A stretch of 64,000 nt of DNA from Gordius albopunctatus. Its lineage: Eukaryota. The notes under the pieces were generated by a model, which searched no databases, was not told where the DNA came from, and saw only the letters and a program-made list of their open reading frames with translations. Below, piece by piece: positions 26,201 to 38,800 of the stretch. Where the stretch lies: contig OZ193909.1 of the NCBI GenBank assembly GCA_964276515.1, positions 17,546,001 to 17,610,000 on the forward strand, in the 5' to 3' direction. Both the position numbers and the translations under genes were made by a program. How positions within the stretch are numbered: the stretch's first letter is position 1; the number at the start of each line of letters is the position of its first letter.

Positions 26201-29200
26201 CTTGAGGTAAACTCACTCAATTTAGCCATATTGTGTACAAGATTACTGAGATTTTAGCCTTATTATGTTTTCCCCCTGTCGCAAATATTTTGTTTGCCAA
26301 TAACGCAAAAAAAAGTTATAAAATTTTTTTTTGTTGCGCGAGAATTAGATGAAAGTACAGCGCTGCTGTGTGTTGTTCAACCTCTATATGTTGGTTTAGA
26401 ATTAGAATCTTAACCCGATTAGTATATAATTGTGCTGTAAAAAAGAGGGGGTTTTTAGGTGGACCTTTTGGTCTGTTTTTCTTAGTCGACTTCTAGACTT
26501 GTTCGAAATTTGTGAAAGAGTGAGCCTTAGCGTGCTTTTTCAATATAAATTGAATCGATGGCCTCTTTTTGATTAACATTCAATTGTACAAAATAATTGA
26601 CTGCAATGATATATATAAAGATATGATATAAAAGTGAGAAGTTCTATAGTTATACTAGGCCATTGAAATACTTATTAGGCAAAAAATAGTAAATGGGGAA
26701 AACAATAGGTCTATAACACATATTTGTATTTTAGTCAAAAAGCCTCTGCGACCGGAGGTGCAACCACTTACGGGCGAACCCCCATGGTCGGTGGTCAAAC
26801 TCCTATGTATGGCTTGGGTTCAAAAACACCACTCTACGGCTCACAAACACCACAACACGACGGTTAATCTTCACTTAACATCAAATTATTATATTTATTT
26901 TTTTCGGTTTTTTAAACCCAAAATTTTCTTTTATTTTACTAGCCATTTTTATAGAAATTTTATCTTGTTTTATACATGTTTATACATTTGGAAAAATATT
27001 TACTCTAATTGTTTATGTCATAACGAATAGTTTAATTTAGTAAACTTTCTTTCTGTAAATTGTATATTATTTGTAAGTTTTATAACCCATATTTTATTTT
27101 TTTAATCTAACTTTTGTTCTTATATTAGGTATTTTTCTTTGGAAATTTTTGACAACTAAAAATTTCTTTTTTTACTAGCTACATATATATATATATATTA
27201 TCTTCTTTTATATATGTTTTTACATTTAAAAAATATTATCTTTTATTTTCTCGATCTAACTTAGCATGTTTGTTCTTATGTAAGCTTTTTCATTTTTTTA
27301 TGATGCTTTTTTAGGGAGTCGAACACCGCATTATTCGGGCAATATGACGCCTATGCACGAGGGTAATAGAACCCCGTCATATAACGCTGGGGCTTGGGAC
27401 CCGACGAATCTCAATACCCCTTCCAGGTTAGAGAATCTGGAAATATACTTTTTAAAACAATGTCTATTGTGGGGTCGTTTGAGACCCCAGAGGGAGGATC
27501 TAAGACTTTTAGTTGCCAATGCTATAAGTTTTGCAGTTTCTTATATATATTTCTATGACAATTTCACTCAATTTAGTTTTTAAAATCTTTAAAACCCAAC
27601 AATATGCTAGAGGTACTTAAACGTTGGTTTTGATGAGCTTATGTATTTTGTTTTTTTTTTGGTAAAAAATGCTTTAATATAAAAAAGTATCAAATATATA
27701 ATGACAATAAATAGAAGGATACAAGAACGAAAATATTAATAAATAAAATGGTTAAAATGCATTATCCGTTTGGCTGAATTCACCAGGAAAATTAAATTAG
27801 CGATGGCAATGGAGATCGATTTTCTTAGTACAAAACTATTGAATATTTTTGAAGGAGGCGAGCGTTCAATTAGTTCTTTCAAAAAATTTTAGGCGCTCTT
27901 CCCAAACGTCCCTGGGCAAGACGAAAATAAAATGTAATATTTTAAGGATTTACGGTGCTATGCCGATCCTAGGGGGTCGTGAGTATCTTTGGAGGGTGCA
28001 AACAGATCAATACATATATAGGCGAAAGTTTATGTAACCCTTTTTTCGCACTTGTATTTATAATTCCCATTTAGTAAGGGAAGTTAGGTGTTTTAGTTTA
28101 ACCTTCTGCCTGACAAATAAATAACTGACTTTTTTATCTAAATTTACGGTATAAGTTACGCGGGTCTTCCAATGAAATCAATGATGAATTGAATAAGCTA
28201 ATGGAGTTATGTTAACTTTCCAACTAATTTAACTTAGTTTTCCTTAAACATGTTTAAAAAACCGTTTCAGCCTTCTTCCTTCATCGAACATAACGTATAT
28301 AATGTAAAAATTTAAGCTACATTTACCCTTTAAATTGTAGAGTGGATCAAAACTTTGCTCCGCATTCAAACGAAAATGCCTTAGCTCAGGGTCGATTTAT
28401 TAAAAAATATAACTAAACCCAGCAAAAGTTATAGGGCTTTGGTGGGGGCAAGTCGGTCGTCTGTGCATGGTTTTAAACTATATTCCCTTTAATTCATAAC
28501 CCTAGATCTACAAGAGATTACGACTACAACTTGGATAATGATTCGCCTTCGCCCTCCATGAAAATGTCGGGGGCGAATGCTATGGGAGGTGGAGACGAAG
28601 ATCTTCGAACTAACAACGCTAGCGATCAATATTACCACAATCAATCCCGCATTCTACCGGGTAATGTTGTCTAAGCGTTTATTCAGTGGTATTTAAGTGT
28701 AGTATGTACTATGTATATGCCCCGATGACAATCAAAAGCTTAGCTACATCGCCAAGCTAAGATTGAGTCCCATTTGACACCATTGGTGCGATTCGGACCA
28801 CGTGTTTTTTTGGCGTATAAAGACTCGGAGATTTTATCATTAAACGCTTTTGTAGTAGTAGCAGCTGTAATTTGTTGGCATTAAAGTAGAGGAAACTAAG
28901 AGCCATTTTGTTTGGCCCACTTTTAGTTTTAGTCGACTAAACATAAGACCATGAAACTTTTGGCCTTTTTATGCAAATAATAAAAGGAGTGCAAAAGACC
29001 TTTGGTATATTTATGTTTAGAAGACCGCATCAGAGGTTGACCAAAGAAAACCCAGTGATTTTTACAACACTACTCGATGCTAACTTTTTGTTTCGTCGAT
29101 TTATAATGTAAAGAGGGTTGTTTAGGTTAAGAAAACGTTTTATCAGATATTAAGATTTTAAACTAATTTTTCTACCCTTCCCATAGTTTCTCCAGTTCCT

Positions 29201-32200
29201 TCAGGCGGCTCTACGGCTAGATCATCGCATCCAAGCATGTTGGAAGACGGGCTAGGAGGTGGGAGTAGCGATATGGATACACAAAGCGAAGATTTTTCTG
29301 CCACGCCCAGACTTACCTCCTCGGGGAGCCTAAATATCCCAAATACCCCCGGCCAAGATGATAGTCAGGATGATATTAGGGGAGGGGAGTATGAAGACCC
29401 CATGTCACCCGGCTTCTCTTACACCCCTATGACCCCTGGGGGTGAAGAAAGAATAGGTGTGGGGGCTTCCCCTTGCCCACCCATGACCCCGGGACAATGT
29501 AATTATCCTGGTGTTATTGCTTTTTTAAGCGATATACGAAACAAAATAATCGCAACAATAAAACGTTCTCTTTCCCAAATTGAGACTTCTCGCTCCTTAT
29601 AAATTCTTATTTGGAGTCAATCGAAGAGAATATTATTCTTAAATTTACTCACATCTAGATATTTTTCCAAGCTCCTTCACCTAAATAATCAGAAAAAATA
29701 TAATCAAGTTGTATACTTGGGTCTTTAAGTTTTTTATATTATGGTGAGTACCTTGTTGTTTATTACTTTGACAAATCTCAAGTTTGGATGCCAACTATGC
29801 TTGTTTTTTATTAAAGTTGGAAAGTTTTGATCGATCTTTGTTCAGTAGTTTTGACCATTTTTTAAACATAATTTTTTAGAAGTTTAGCTAGTTTGAAATT
29901 TTGATTGTAAATCAAGGATATCCTAAGGAACATTCAATTTTTATTTATTACCATATCATTATTTCTAGTTTATGCCCTTAAAATAAACGAATGGTGAAAA
30001 TTCTTTTTGACATGATTCAACTAATTAGTATATATTTCCGATCAACTAGGCATAATTATAACCCTTACTGCCTCCCTTTTAAACCTGTTTCTCTAATTAA
30101 AATGAATTTGAGGTTTCAAGAAAATTTTTTCATGGTTTTCAATATATTTTAAATGCGTAGTCGGAGAAGATTATGGAGGTGACTGGGCTACCATGGATCT
30201 GCAAGTAAACGTGAAAATAAGCCATCACGACCCCAACCTAGCTTCAAGATCGGGTATCATCCGAGGAGTTACCGTAAGTTCATCTAAGAGTTTATAGGAC
30301 GCTTTTTATTTAATCGCATTTTGATTTATAATATATTGGTGGAATTTATAGTTTGAGCAAAATTTCACAATTGGTTATACTTTTAATGGGAGAAACATGG
30401 AAATTCTTTTAAAAAGACAATTGGAATAGTGGCTAAATATTTAACTAAGTTTAGCTTTTTTAAATTTGATGATTTGATTTTTAATGCTCGTCAAAGGCAT
30501 AATTTAAACTTAGAATGACCTGTGCATAGGCGTGGGGGGGGCTGCCCCCCTCAAAATCCAAAAATTCCTCTAAATTTAATATAATTATGGCTAAAATTTC
30601 AAAAAATTATCATTTTGCCCCTACCTCACTACGACCATGGACATCTGCGATAATTGTGTAATTAATGTACAGGGGAACATTTGCTCGTTGTACGTGCCAA
30701 CCTACGAAAAAACGGTCAGTATCATGTCTCAACAATTGGAACCTTGTTTACCAAACCTACACGACAGGGTAAATAAATAAAAAATAGTAAAAGCTAGATG
30801 TCACTAACAAATTTAGTTTTTAAGCTTAACAGGTAATTATGCTTTAAATCAGAGGTCAGATTTGTTGGGAATTTTTTGCCCGACCCGGCCCGACTAAATT
30901 TTTTACCTTCATTGCCCGCCCGGGGCCGCCCGAACCCATCTAAGTGTCCGCCGGGGCCCGCCCGAATTGTTAGAGCTGCCCGAATCGCCCGGTCCGAAAT
31001 ATTAAATTTGCCCGTTAGTCCCGAATTTATGAGGTCCCAAAAAGAGGTCGGAGTAGTTTAAATTTTTCTGCCCGAATCCGGCCCGGTCCAATTTTAACTA
31101 AATTTTCCGCCTGAACCCTTCTAAGTGTCGCCTCAGCCATGCCCAAACCATTAGAGCTGCCCGGCCTGATTAATAAAATTTTCCCGGTAGACCCGAAACT
31201 ATCCAATCCCAAAATCTTTAGCCACTATTACAAAATAAGCAATAGCATATTCATCCAAACAAAGATGACAATGTTTTATTATTCATATCTTCGACAATTT
31301 CCGGGGATAATCTTGTGAGTCTTTCCTCTATTAATCTTTTTGCGATAGAAAAACTTCTTTCACTAGCAGCACTCGTCGCCGGGATGGCAAAGAGTATTTT
31401 TGTAAACATTGCTAATTTAGGATACATAAAATAGTTATAATTTTTAATAACTTTAATGTGATTTGTTTGCTTTATTTTTCCACCATTTTTTTAGTTGTTA
31501 AGAAATTAAATGAATTACAATTATGCGCATTGTTAGAAAATGGCATGAGCCTTTGTTTTAAGTCTAGACGGCACACATGTGTAGCGTATTGCGAACAATG
31601 AAATGGCTTTGGCTACATAAATATAAATAATCCAATCCTTTCCATAATGGAGTAGGGCAAAGATTTAACTGAACGCGATAAAAATGTAATAAAATAATTT
31701 ACTACCAGAGAGTAAAATGGTTTCTTCCATAGTATTAGATTAGAGTAGCAGTTTACAGGGGCGTAGCCAGCATTAAAATTAGAGGGGGGCAATAATGATT
31801 TAGGAAGGGGCAAAATAATCATTTTTTGAAAATTTAGCCATAATTTTAATACATTTTAACAAATTTTTGAGTTTAGAGGGGGCAGCTGCCCCTTCCTGCC
31901 CCCCCCCCTTGTCTACGCCCATGGCAGTTTAAATCGTTGTGATTTTATTCTTTTATAATATAATCTAAAAATTAAAAATTTTTGATCCTGAGACAAACTA
32001 GTTAAACTAATTTATTCGAAATAAAATTTAATTTTGAACAAATTGAAATTAGGACATTATATAAACGTACAATGAAGATTTAAGCGATGGAAAATAAATT
32101 TAGTCAAATTTATTATAGCCCAAAATTGTTTATAAGCGAATTTTTCTTTTTTCAAGAAAAATTAATTTGATAAAATTCTGGGCATGCCCGAATGTTATCA

Positions 32201-32714
32201 GCGTGCCCGCCCGAAAATTAAAATTTAAGGCAGTTGCCCAGCCCGTGGCCCGGGCATTTCTGGTCTCTGCTTTAAATTCCTATTCGATTCTTCATCTAAT
32301 TTGTAAAATATATTTTTGAAATTGGATTAGCGACAAAAACTTTCAATAGCATTTCCTTAGTGTATTTATTTATTTTTAAATTTATTTACGACAGTTTCCC
32401 GAGTCTTTAGCTAATTGTCGCAATCAATTAAAAGTTATTGATTTTTGTTCCGATGTTTAGATTTTTTATTCCCATTTTTAGCTTAAGGTTATCATGGGTG
32501 ACTATCGAGATCGATACGGAGAAATGCTTAGCGTAGACGGCGATGAAGGCGTCATTAAATTAGATAACGGTAAAACAAACTTTATTTCGTGCAAAGTTTA
32601 ATTTTGTATTTAAACACCAAAATTGATAATAAAATGATTTTTATTGCTATAAATTATATAGGAGAGATACAAATGGTTCCGCTGCACTACCTTTGTAAAG
32701 TGAGGGGAGCTTAA
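11204..32714 (+). CDS. SUPT5H: Transcription elongation factor SPT5 (DSIF large subunit), 23 coding exons
   Basis: Starts MSDSEDS with an acidic N-terminus and [15 protein letters not shown] domain [15 protein letters not shown]...[12 protein letters not shown] motifs [38 protein letters not shown] and [36 protein letters not shown] repeats GRTP/GQTP/SKTP/SQTP/SRTP; ends [15 protein letters not shown]. All junctions GT-AG and in frame by hand. Confidence 0.96.
13917..14118. mobile_element. hAT-type MITE family B (TIR TAGAGTTGTTAAATTGCTAACTTTCTTCAA)
   Basis: Long TIR; exact 8-bp TSD ctaccaag; near-identical copies at 25587-25791 and 39245-39447 (TSD ggtggccc). Confidence 0.88.
17300..17925. 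repeat. Tandem repeat, 165-bp unit, ~3.5 copies, in SPT5 intron 9
   Basis: Unit start tgaccgttgcttacttctac recurs at 17359, 17524, 17689 and 17854 (diverged start). Confidence 0.92.
18265..18565. mobile_element. MITE family A copy with an internal ~114-bp tandem duplication
   Basis: ttggaccaagccttgtgg...cagcccagcctttttt occurs twice (from ~18329 and ~18443); ends ttttcaacacta. Confidence 0.75.
18881..22272. mobile_element. Head-to-head (foldback) fragments of a CRE-clade non-LTR retrotransposon (RT plus restriction-like endonuclease) in SPT5 intron 10; spans the assembly gap
   Basis: RT motifs [21 protein letters not shown] and VWYLDD (+, ~20120-20245, repeated ~21020-21155); [14 protein letters not shown]; CxxC; RLE-type RMRPDG...PWKNG...WDFTC; poly(A) ends face outward at 18881 and 22272. 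Confidence 0.85.
20476..20675. other. Assembly gap (200 N)
   Basis: Run of n; sequence ~19786-20475 is repeated directly after the gap. Confidence 1.
25415..25822. mobile_element. MITE family A with nested family B (25587-25791)
   Basis: TIR tagtgttgtaaaa / ttttacaacacta; flanks attgttcg / attgttcc match 7 of 8. Confidence 0.82.
27650..28010 (-). mobile_element. 3' remnant of a second, diverged CRE-like subfamily
   Basis: Minus translation [25 protein letters not shown]...[16 protein letters not shown] parallels [22 protein letters not shown]...[17 protein letters not shown] of the 19/22-kb element; T-run at 27650. Confidence 0.65.
30850..32269 (-). mobile_element. Non-autonomous hAT element with transposase C-terminal remnant and nested MITE D, in SPT5 intron 21
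   Basis: TIR cagaggtcag / ctggtctctg; exact 8-bp TSD ctttaaat; minus-strand [19 protein letters not shown] (hAT dimerisation domain); inverted sister of 59439-60871. Confidence 0.9.
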
Positions 32715-32853
32715 AAATCTAGCCTCTCAAACGTCAAACAAAACACGATTCTATTTATATCCCCCTTTTTACAAATTTATTATCATTATGCGTACAGAGC
32801 GTGATACATAACATATTTTGTTGTATAAATATTAGACAAATAGCATATTTTTT

Positions 32854-35800
32854 TCAAGAGGAAGTGGGCAAAGTACAACGCCCCAAGACGGTCATAATTT
32901 TAAAAACTCCGAGTCTTTCTTTCTTAACCATGCCACGGTTTAGGCGGCTTTGTACGATGTCGAAAAATTCTTGCCTGTCCAAAATTCCATCCTCTATAAT
33001 ATAATTGCAAACATTTTTGCTAGTCATGACAATCCTAAAACTTATTGTTGCCATTTGGTTGATGTAAGAATTTGTCCAATAATTATAAATTAATAAGTGA
33101 TTACGCATAATTTGCTGCTTTTGTTAAATAATATTAAAAGGATTTCATTTACAATATATATAAAACACGAAAGTCTTACCATTAGTATCAAATATAGTAA
33201 AGCAAACGTCGAGGAGATGAGGACTGACATCCGAGGCAGAAATAACCGAAACTATGTGCTTGAAAGTTTCTAGATTCATAGTTATAAGATAACATGGAAG
33301 AAAAATTAAACAATTTGTAGTAAGAATTGTCATTTTGTGTATAAACGCTCTAAATTTTGTTTAATTGAGTTTATAACATTTTTAAGTAATCAAAACAATT
33401 CAGAAAAACTTGCGGGAGGGGTGAGGGAGCTAGAAAGAGCCTATTAAAAAATAGCCATGTTTAACAACTTGTCTTTTGTCTTCATTATAATAAATAACAC
33501 TGGTCAATAATTAATGGACTTATAAAACTAACGGGCAAGCTTCTTGCAGATTTTGGTGGAGTTTTTTACGGTAAACACAAGTATATTTTTTGTTTTTTCC
33601 CTATACGTCAAGTTTTTGAAATATTTACTGTCACATAACCCAAATTTCTTAAACTAAAATTTACCGATCACGCTTAAAAACACCAAAATCGCTGTTTTTA
33701 GCAACTTGACGTCAAGGCAAAAACTATCAAAATCCGCATTCGGTCGATTTTTTTTGTTGAACCGTTTAATTAGTACAATTTTAATTGTTATGCAATTTAT
33801 GGGCTCGTTTTTGGTTGTCCGTCGTCCGTCCGTCCTCCATCCACCAAGTTATTGGCGCCAGCTTTTTTAAAAATTAAATTAATATATTGTTTTAACACCA
33901 TTGATAATATGACTTTTTGACCGTCCGCAGGCTACTGACCATTGAAAAAAATTACCATTGGCCAAATAAATCGAAATTTTTTGTTCGTTTTTGAATAGGT
34001 TAACATTGATAATTACCCTATACTTTTTAATAATTGCTATGCAATTTATCTAGTTTTTGGGTTAGAATCCCGGAGTTTTTTTTTTCTTTTCATTTTAGTC
34101 CGTTATAATATTTATGAAATTATAATAGGTTTTTTAAAGCGACATCTGTTAAAATATAGCAGAAATAAATATTTTTGGTACTTGACTTTCAACAAACATT
34201 CGTGGGAAATGCGTGTAAAATTGTTACCCCTATCAATAGGATGCCCTAATATTGTGGAGTATTCGAAAGCTAAGTTGATGTCATCTATGCTGTTGAGGAA
34301 GTTGGAAAATTTAACGAAATCTTCCACCAAAATCCCCTGGAACAAACATTTTCAAAAATTAAATTTCATATTTTAACAACTAAAACCTAAATAAAGAATG
34401 TAGTAAAATTTATTTAATTCTATAATTAATAAGAGCTGATGATACGAGGGGCGGGCGTAATATTAATTTATTATTGCAGTTTGCGACTTATATCATGCAT
34501 AGATTAGATAGACTGCTCATCTACGTTAAATAAGTCTACCATTTTTCGCCATTTTCAAATATGCACAAATAATGATTATACCTGCCAAAAATAATGAACA
34601 GAGCAATATTACATTTAAATTTAATGCATATAAAAACAACAAAAACATTCAATTATATTAATATCTGTGAAGAGTTTATAAAACGTATCCAAATTTGAAA
34701 TACCGTTAAAATTTAGTGTAAATAAAGCTCAGGTTAAAACTTTAATTTAACTTGAAAAATTTTTATTACCAAATGTGCTTATATTGATTTGCTGTAATAC
34801 ATATTATTGTAAGTCTAATCTGTGATCTCTCTTAATATTGAATGCAATTTAAGTTTTTAACAAATCATTGAAAAATGTGTTAAAATAGCTTTGTAAATCA
34901 ACGCTAAACCCTGAGCCAAAAGCATAAATGTTTTAACAATTCCTAGTAACTATATTATACTAATGATAATTAGAACCTTTCAAAATTAAAAGCCCGACGT
35001 CTCAAATTTTATTTTGCCCGGCGCAAGCTCGAAAGACTTTTTTATTTTTGCCCCAATATCTAGACAGACCCGATTTTTTAAATAGAAAAATTATTTTAAA
35101 AATTTTGAAAATTATTTCACCATATAAATACATAATGGATTTTACTCGTAATTTAGAACTAAATAAAGTTTAAGATCCAATTTTCATTTTCACTCGCTAC
35201 AATTTATTCAGTTAATAATTTAAAACTGGATATCAACGTTTTTAAAATATATTTTATCTAACATTTATAAAATAAAAAACGTTTTAAAATATTCCCTTAT
35301 CTTATCTCTAAAGTAATAGCTACTATGAATATATTTAAATACTAGAAAATGATTTGTAATTTAGCTCAAAATATTCTAAAAGACAGGGGAAAAAAGCTGA
35401 TGCTTGGAAATTTTATGGATGGTGTACGAAGATAATTATTAAATATCGATTTTTAAATAAAATTTTATAAATGTTTAGTTTGCTTTAGTCTATTCGAGCT
35501 GGGCTCGGGCGGACAGTCTTATCTGCAGGGCTCTACTAATGATACATTACTACAGGCAAATAGCTGATAATAATTATAAGAATGTAGGCTGCTATGTATG
35601 AAGTATAAATTAACAAACTCATCCCTATTCATTTCGTTAACTATATAAATATTATATGTTAAACTTAGGTATGAAAGAATCCTTAAAATTTCTCATTGCA
35701 CTTCTTGCACGCATATTTAAAAAGCCCACTCAAAACGGAGGCTCTAGCCTATGGGTAAAAGTTTAAATTTTTTGATAAAATCTATTATATCCCCACTATA

Positions 35801-38800
35801 TATCAAACTACTTTTCCCATGTTTCACTTCTACCTACTTGTTGGTTGTCGACATCTTGATACTTCGTTTTTACGCGTTTCAACAACAACTTCCTCTTTTT
35901 CTTGTTTAGCAGGGAATACTTGATTAAGCATTTCGTAAAATCTCGTTCCGTCATCACACCTCCACTACTCTTACCCGCATACAAATTGAACTAAAATATT
36001 TTTTTAAAACGATATTAATAACTTTGTCAAATAACAACATTTCTTCGTATAATTGAACAAAGAAAAAATAAGATATATATGATGTTAAAATCTCTGTAAA
36101 TTAATATACTTCTTTTCTCAAGAAATATAAACTTATTTCCTTCAGATTCGCCCACCCGCTAAGATTTAGAACACAGCGGAGAGAGGGACGTTACACTAGG
36201 GATTAGAGACCTATAACGGGCCTCTTTAGGCCAATCGGGCCGCCAAGAACAAAAACTTAAAAGTCCCCGGTCTTTTCATAATAAACGATAGGTCCGGCCC
36301 GCTAAATTTATACAAAGTCCGACCCCGAACCGGGCCCATTCTACCCATTGAAATTATTTTGGGTATTTAACTATTGTTAAGAAAGAAAAATAGGGATAGG
36401 GCAGTTGTTAAAAATTAATTCCAAAAAATTGAAAAGTAAATGGAAAAGGGAGACGAATGATGTAAATCAAAAAGTACTGGACATGGGGGCACCAGGGAGG
36501 GAAAGAAGAGGACGATCTCGTGTCAGGTGAAAGGGGCAAGTCGACAAATTATGAAAACTAAGAGGATTATTGATCAAGACACGGCACCTACCCGATCAAG
36601 ATGGAAGAAACTCATCAAAATACACCCCACGCACGAACAGTGGGACCAAATATTTGATAGAGAAGAAGAAAATAACTAATAGTTACTCTAATAACGAGGA
36701 AACTTGTTTATTTAACTGTTTTTCGTAAATAAAACTTCAATTTTTATCAATTCAAAATATAGTTTGGATATAACTTTAAAAACTACAATTTCCATTAAAG
36801 AGTATGAACAGGAGTATATTTTTACCTCATTATTATTTATTATGTACAATTCAAGTGTTAAAAGAATTAAGAAGCGACCATAGACTAGATAGACTGCCAT
36901 GGGGGTCGTAGCCAGGGTTCGTAAAAGTATGGCTAAAATTTCAAATAATCGTTTTGCCCCTCCCTAAATCATTATTGCCCCCTTCTAATTCCAGTGCTAG
37001 CTGCGCTGCACCCCTTTACGCTGCTCATAAATTTTAAATAAGGCTCCATTTTTCAGTTTAGGAGAAGGAGATATAGATTTTAGTATTTTTGGTTAATTAG
37101 AGTGTCTTAAAAAGGGAATAAAGTATTGAACTAGTTAAGCATTAAAGACAGAATTTTAAAATATATTTACAAAATTGATATAAAAAAATAAGTGTTGTTA
37201 TGATGTGATGTTAGCTATTTAGTGTCATCTGCATTTTATATAATAATCATTTATTAACTCTCCTTTTTATTTATTAACGCGGGAGAGCATTCGTGGGGTA
37301 CCACGGACCCCGCAATAGTTATAAACTTAAATATAAAACGCGTTTAAAAGCGAATTGATCTGGCCTTTTCAGTAGCCTAATATTTTACCAAGAACTATGT
37401 TTGAAAGAAAATTTTATAACTTTTGGCCCATTACTTTTTAAAATATAGCATCTTTTTTTGGCCACAGGGGTCCTGTGTACCCCACGAATGCTCTCACGTA
37501 AGTTTTTTTCTGTTGGAAAAAATGTATGTATTTTTTTTCGTTTGATGATATCTTTAACAGTTTGTGTTTTTAATACATTTTGAACATTCTTTTAATAAAA
37601 AATCACGTTTATTTTGATTTAATTTAAGGTATATGATGTCGAGAGGTAAAATGAGGGGAAGCTCTAAAATAACCCCCAAAAAATGGGGGGTCCAGAAAAT
37701 TGTTAATAAGTTTTGTAATGTTGATTAGATTCATATAAAAATTTATACCATCAATCTTAAAACCTTTATAAACACATGTTTACAATTTGAAAGGTTTAAA
37801 AAGAATACTTCAAAAGTTATAAGAAGTTAAAAAATGGGGTCAAATATACCCCACGAATGCTCTCGCGTTCGGGATTTTCAGGAATGCTCTTCGAGGGTTA
37901 ACTAATGAAAAGGTAAATTCACCTTTTCTCTTTTAACAATAAGGATTAAGAATGTTTAGTAGACATAAACCAGCCGTTTTTACAACACTATGAAACATGG
38001 CATGAGCAGTCTATGTAGTTTATCGTAAAATCATTACACCTTGAATTTCTTTAAATTATTGTTATTTTCTTACATAATAATTAGTCAAAAATTCTTTGGC
38101 CCTTTTTTGACAATTATTTAGTGTACAAAAAAGAGAAAGCAAGAAGATAATATTTGTATGCAAATTATAGCTGGCAGAGGTAAAGTATTTATATATGTGA
38201 CTTTTGTCAATTCACTGAAAATTCATTATTGTCGAAATATTATATAATTAATAAATAACTAAATTTATAAAGTGGTCATATAAATTTTAACATAATTATA
38301 GAAAATAAAAAATCCGAGAGGAAACGATCGAATCATTATTCATCACCTATTTTTATTATTAAGATACAAATAATTTGGATTTACCGCCCTCTACAATATA
38401 AAATAATTTAGTCCAACTATCTTATCTTTAAAATAGCTAAGACTAGATCCCAAAAAGGATTACTACAGTCTCTTTATACCAGGTAAATTAATTTTAAATC
38501 TTAAAAAATTTGAAAAAATGATATGTATAAGAGCATACGTCACTACACTGATTTAAATAATTATGATAGTTGTTATGTGTAATAATTTTTTTACCCCGGC
38601 ACATGGCTAAATAAAGTGTTTTTAAGAATAAAGACAATTTTTTTATAAGATTCAATGAGTAAATTCACAATTTTTTTTTCAATGTAATTTCTAGATTTTA
38701 CCTATTATAACCTTAAACATAGTTACAAGTTTAACCTTTATTTAGCCATAAGATTCTCTAGAACAAAACTTTTTTTTAAACTTAATATCTAATCTTTAAT

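Noticed and set aside
36085..36195. Possible solo LTR (TGT...ACA)
   Set aside because: Short, with no clear TSD and no partner in the window.
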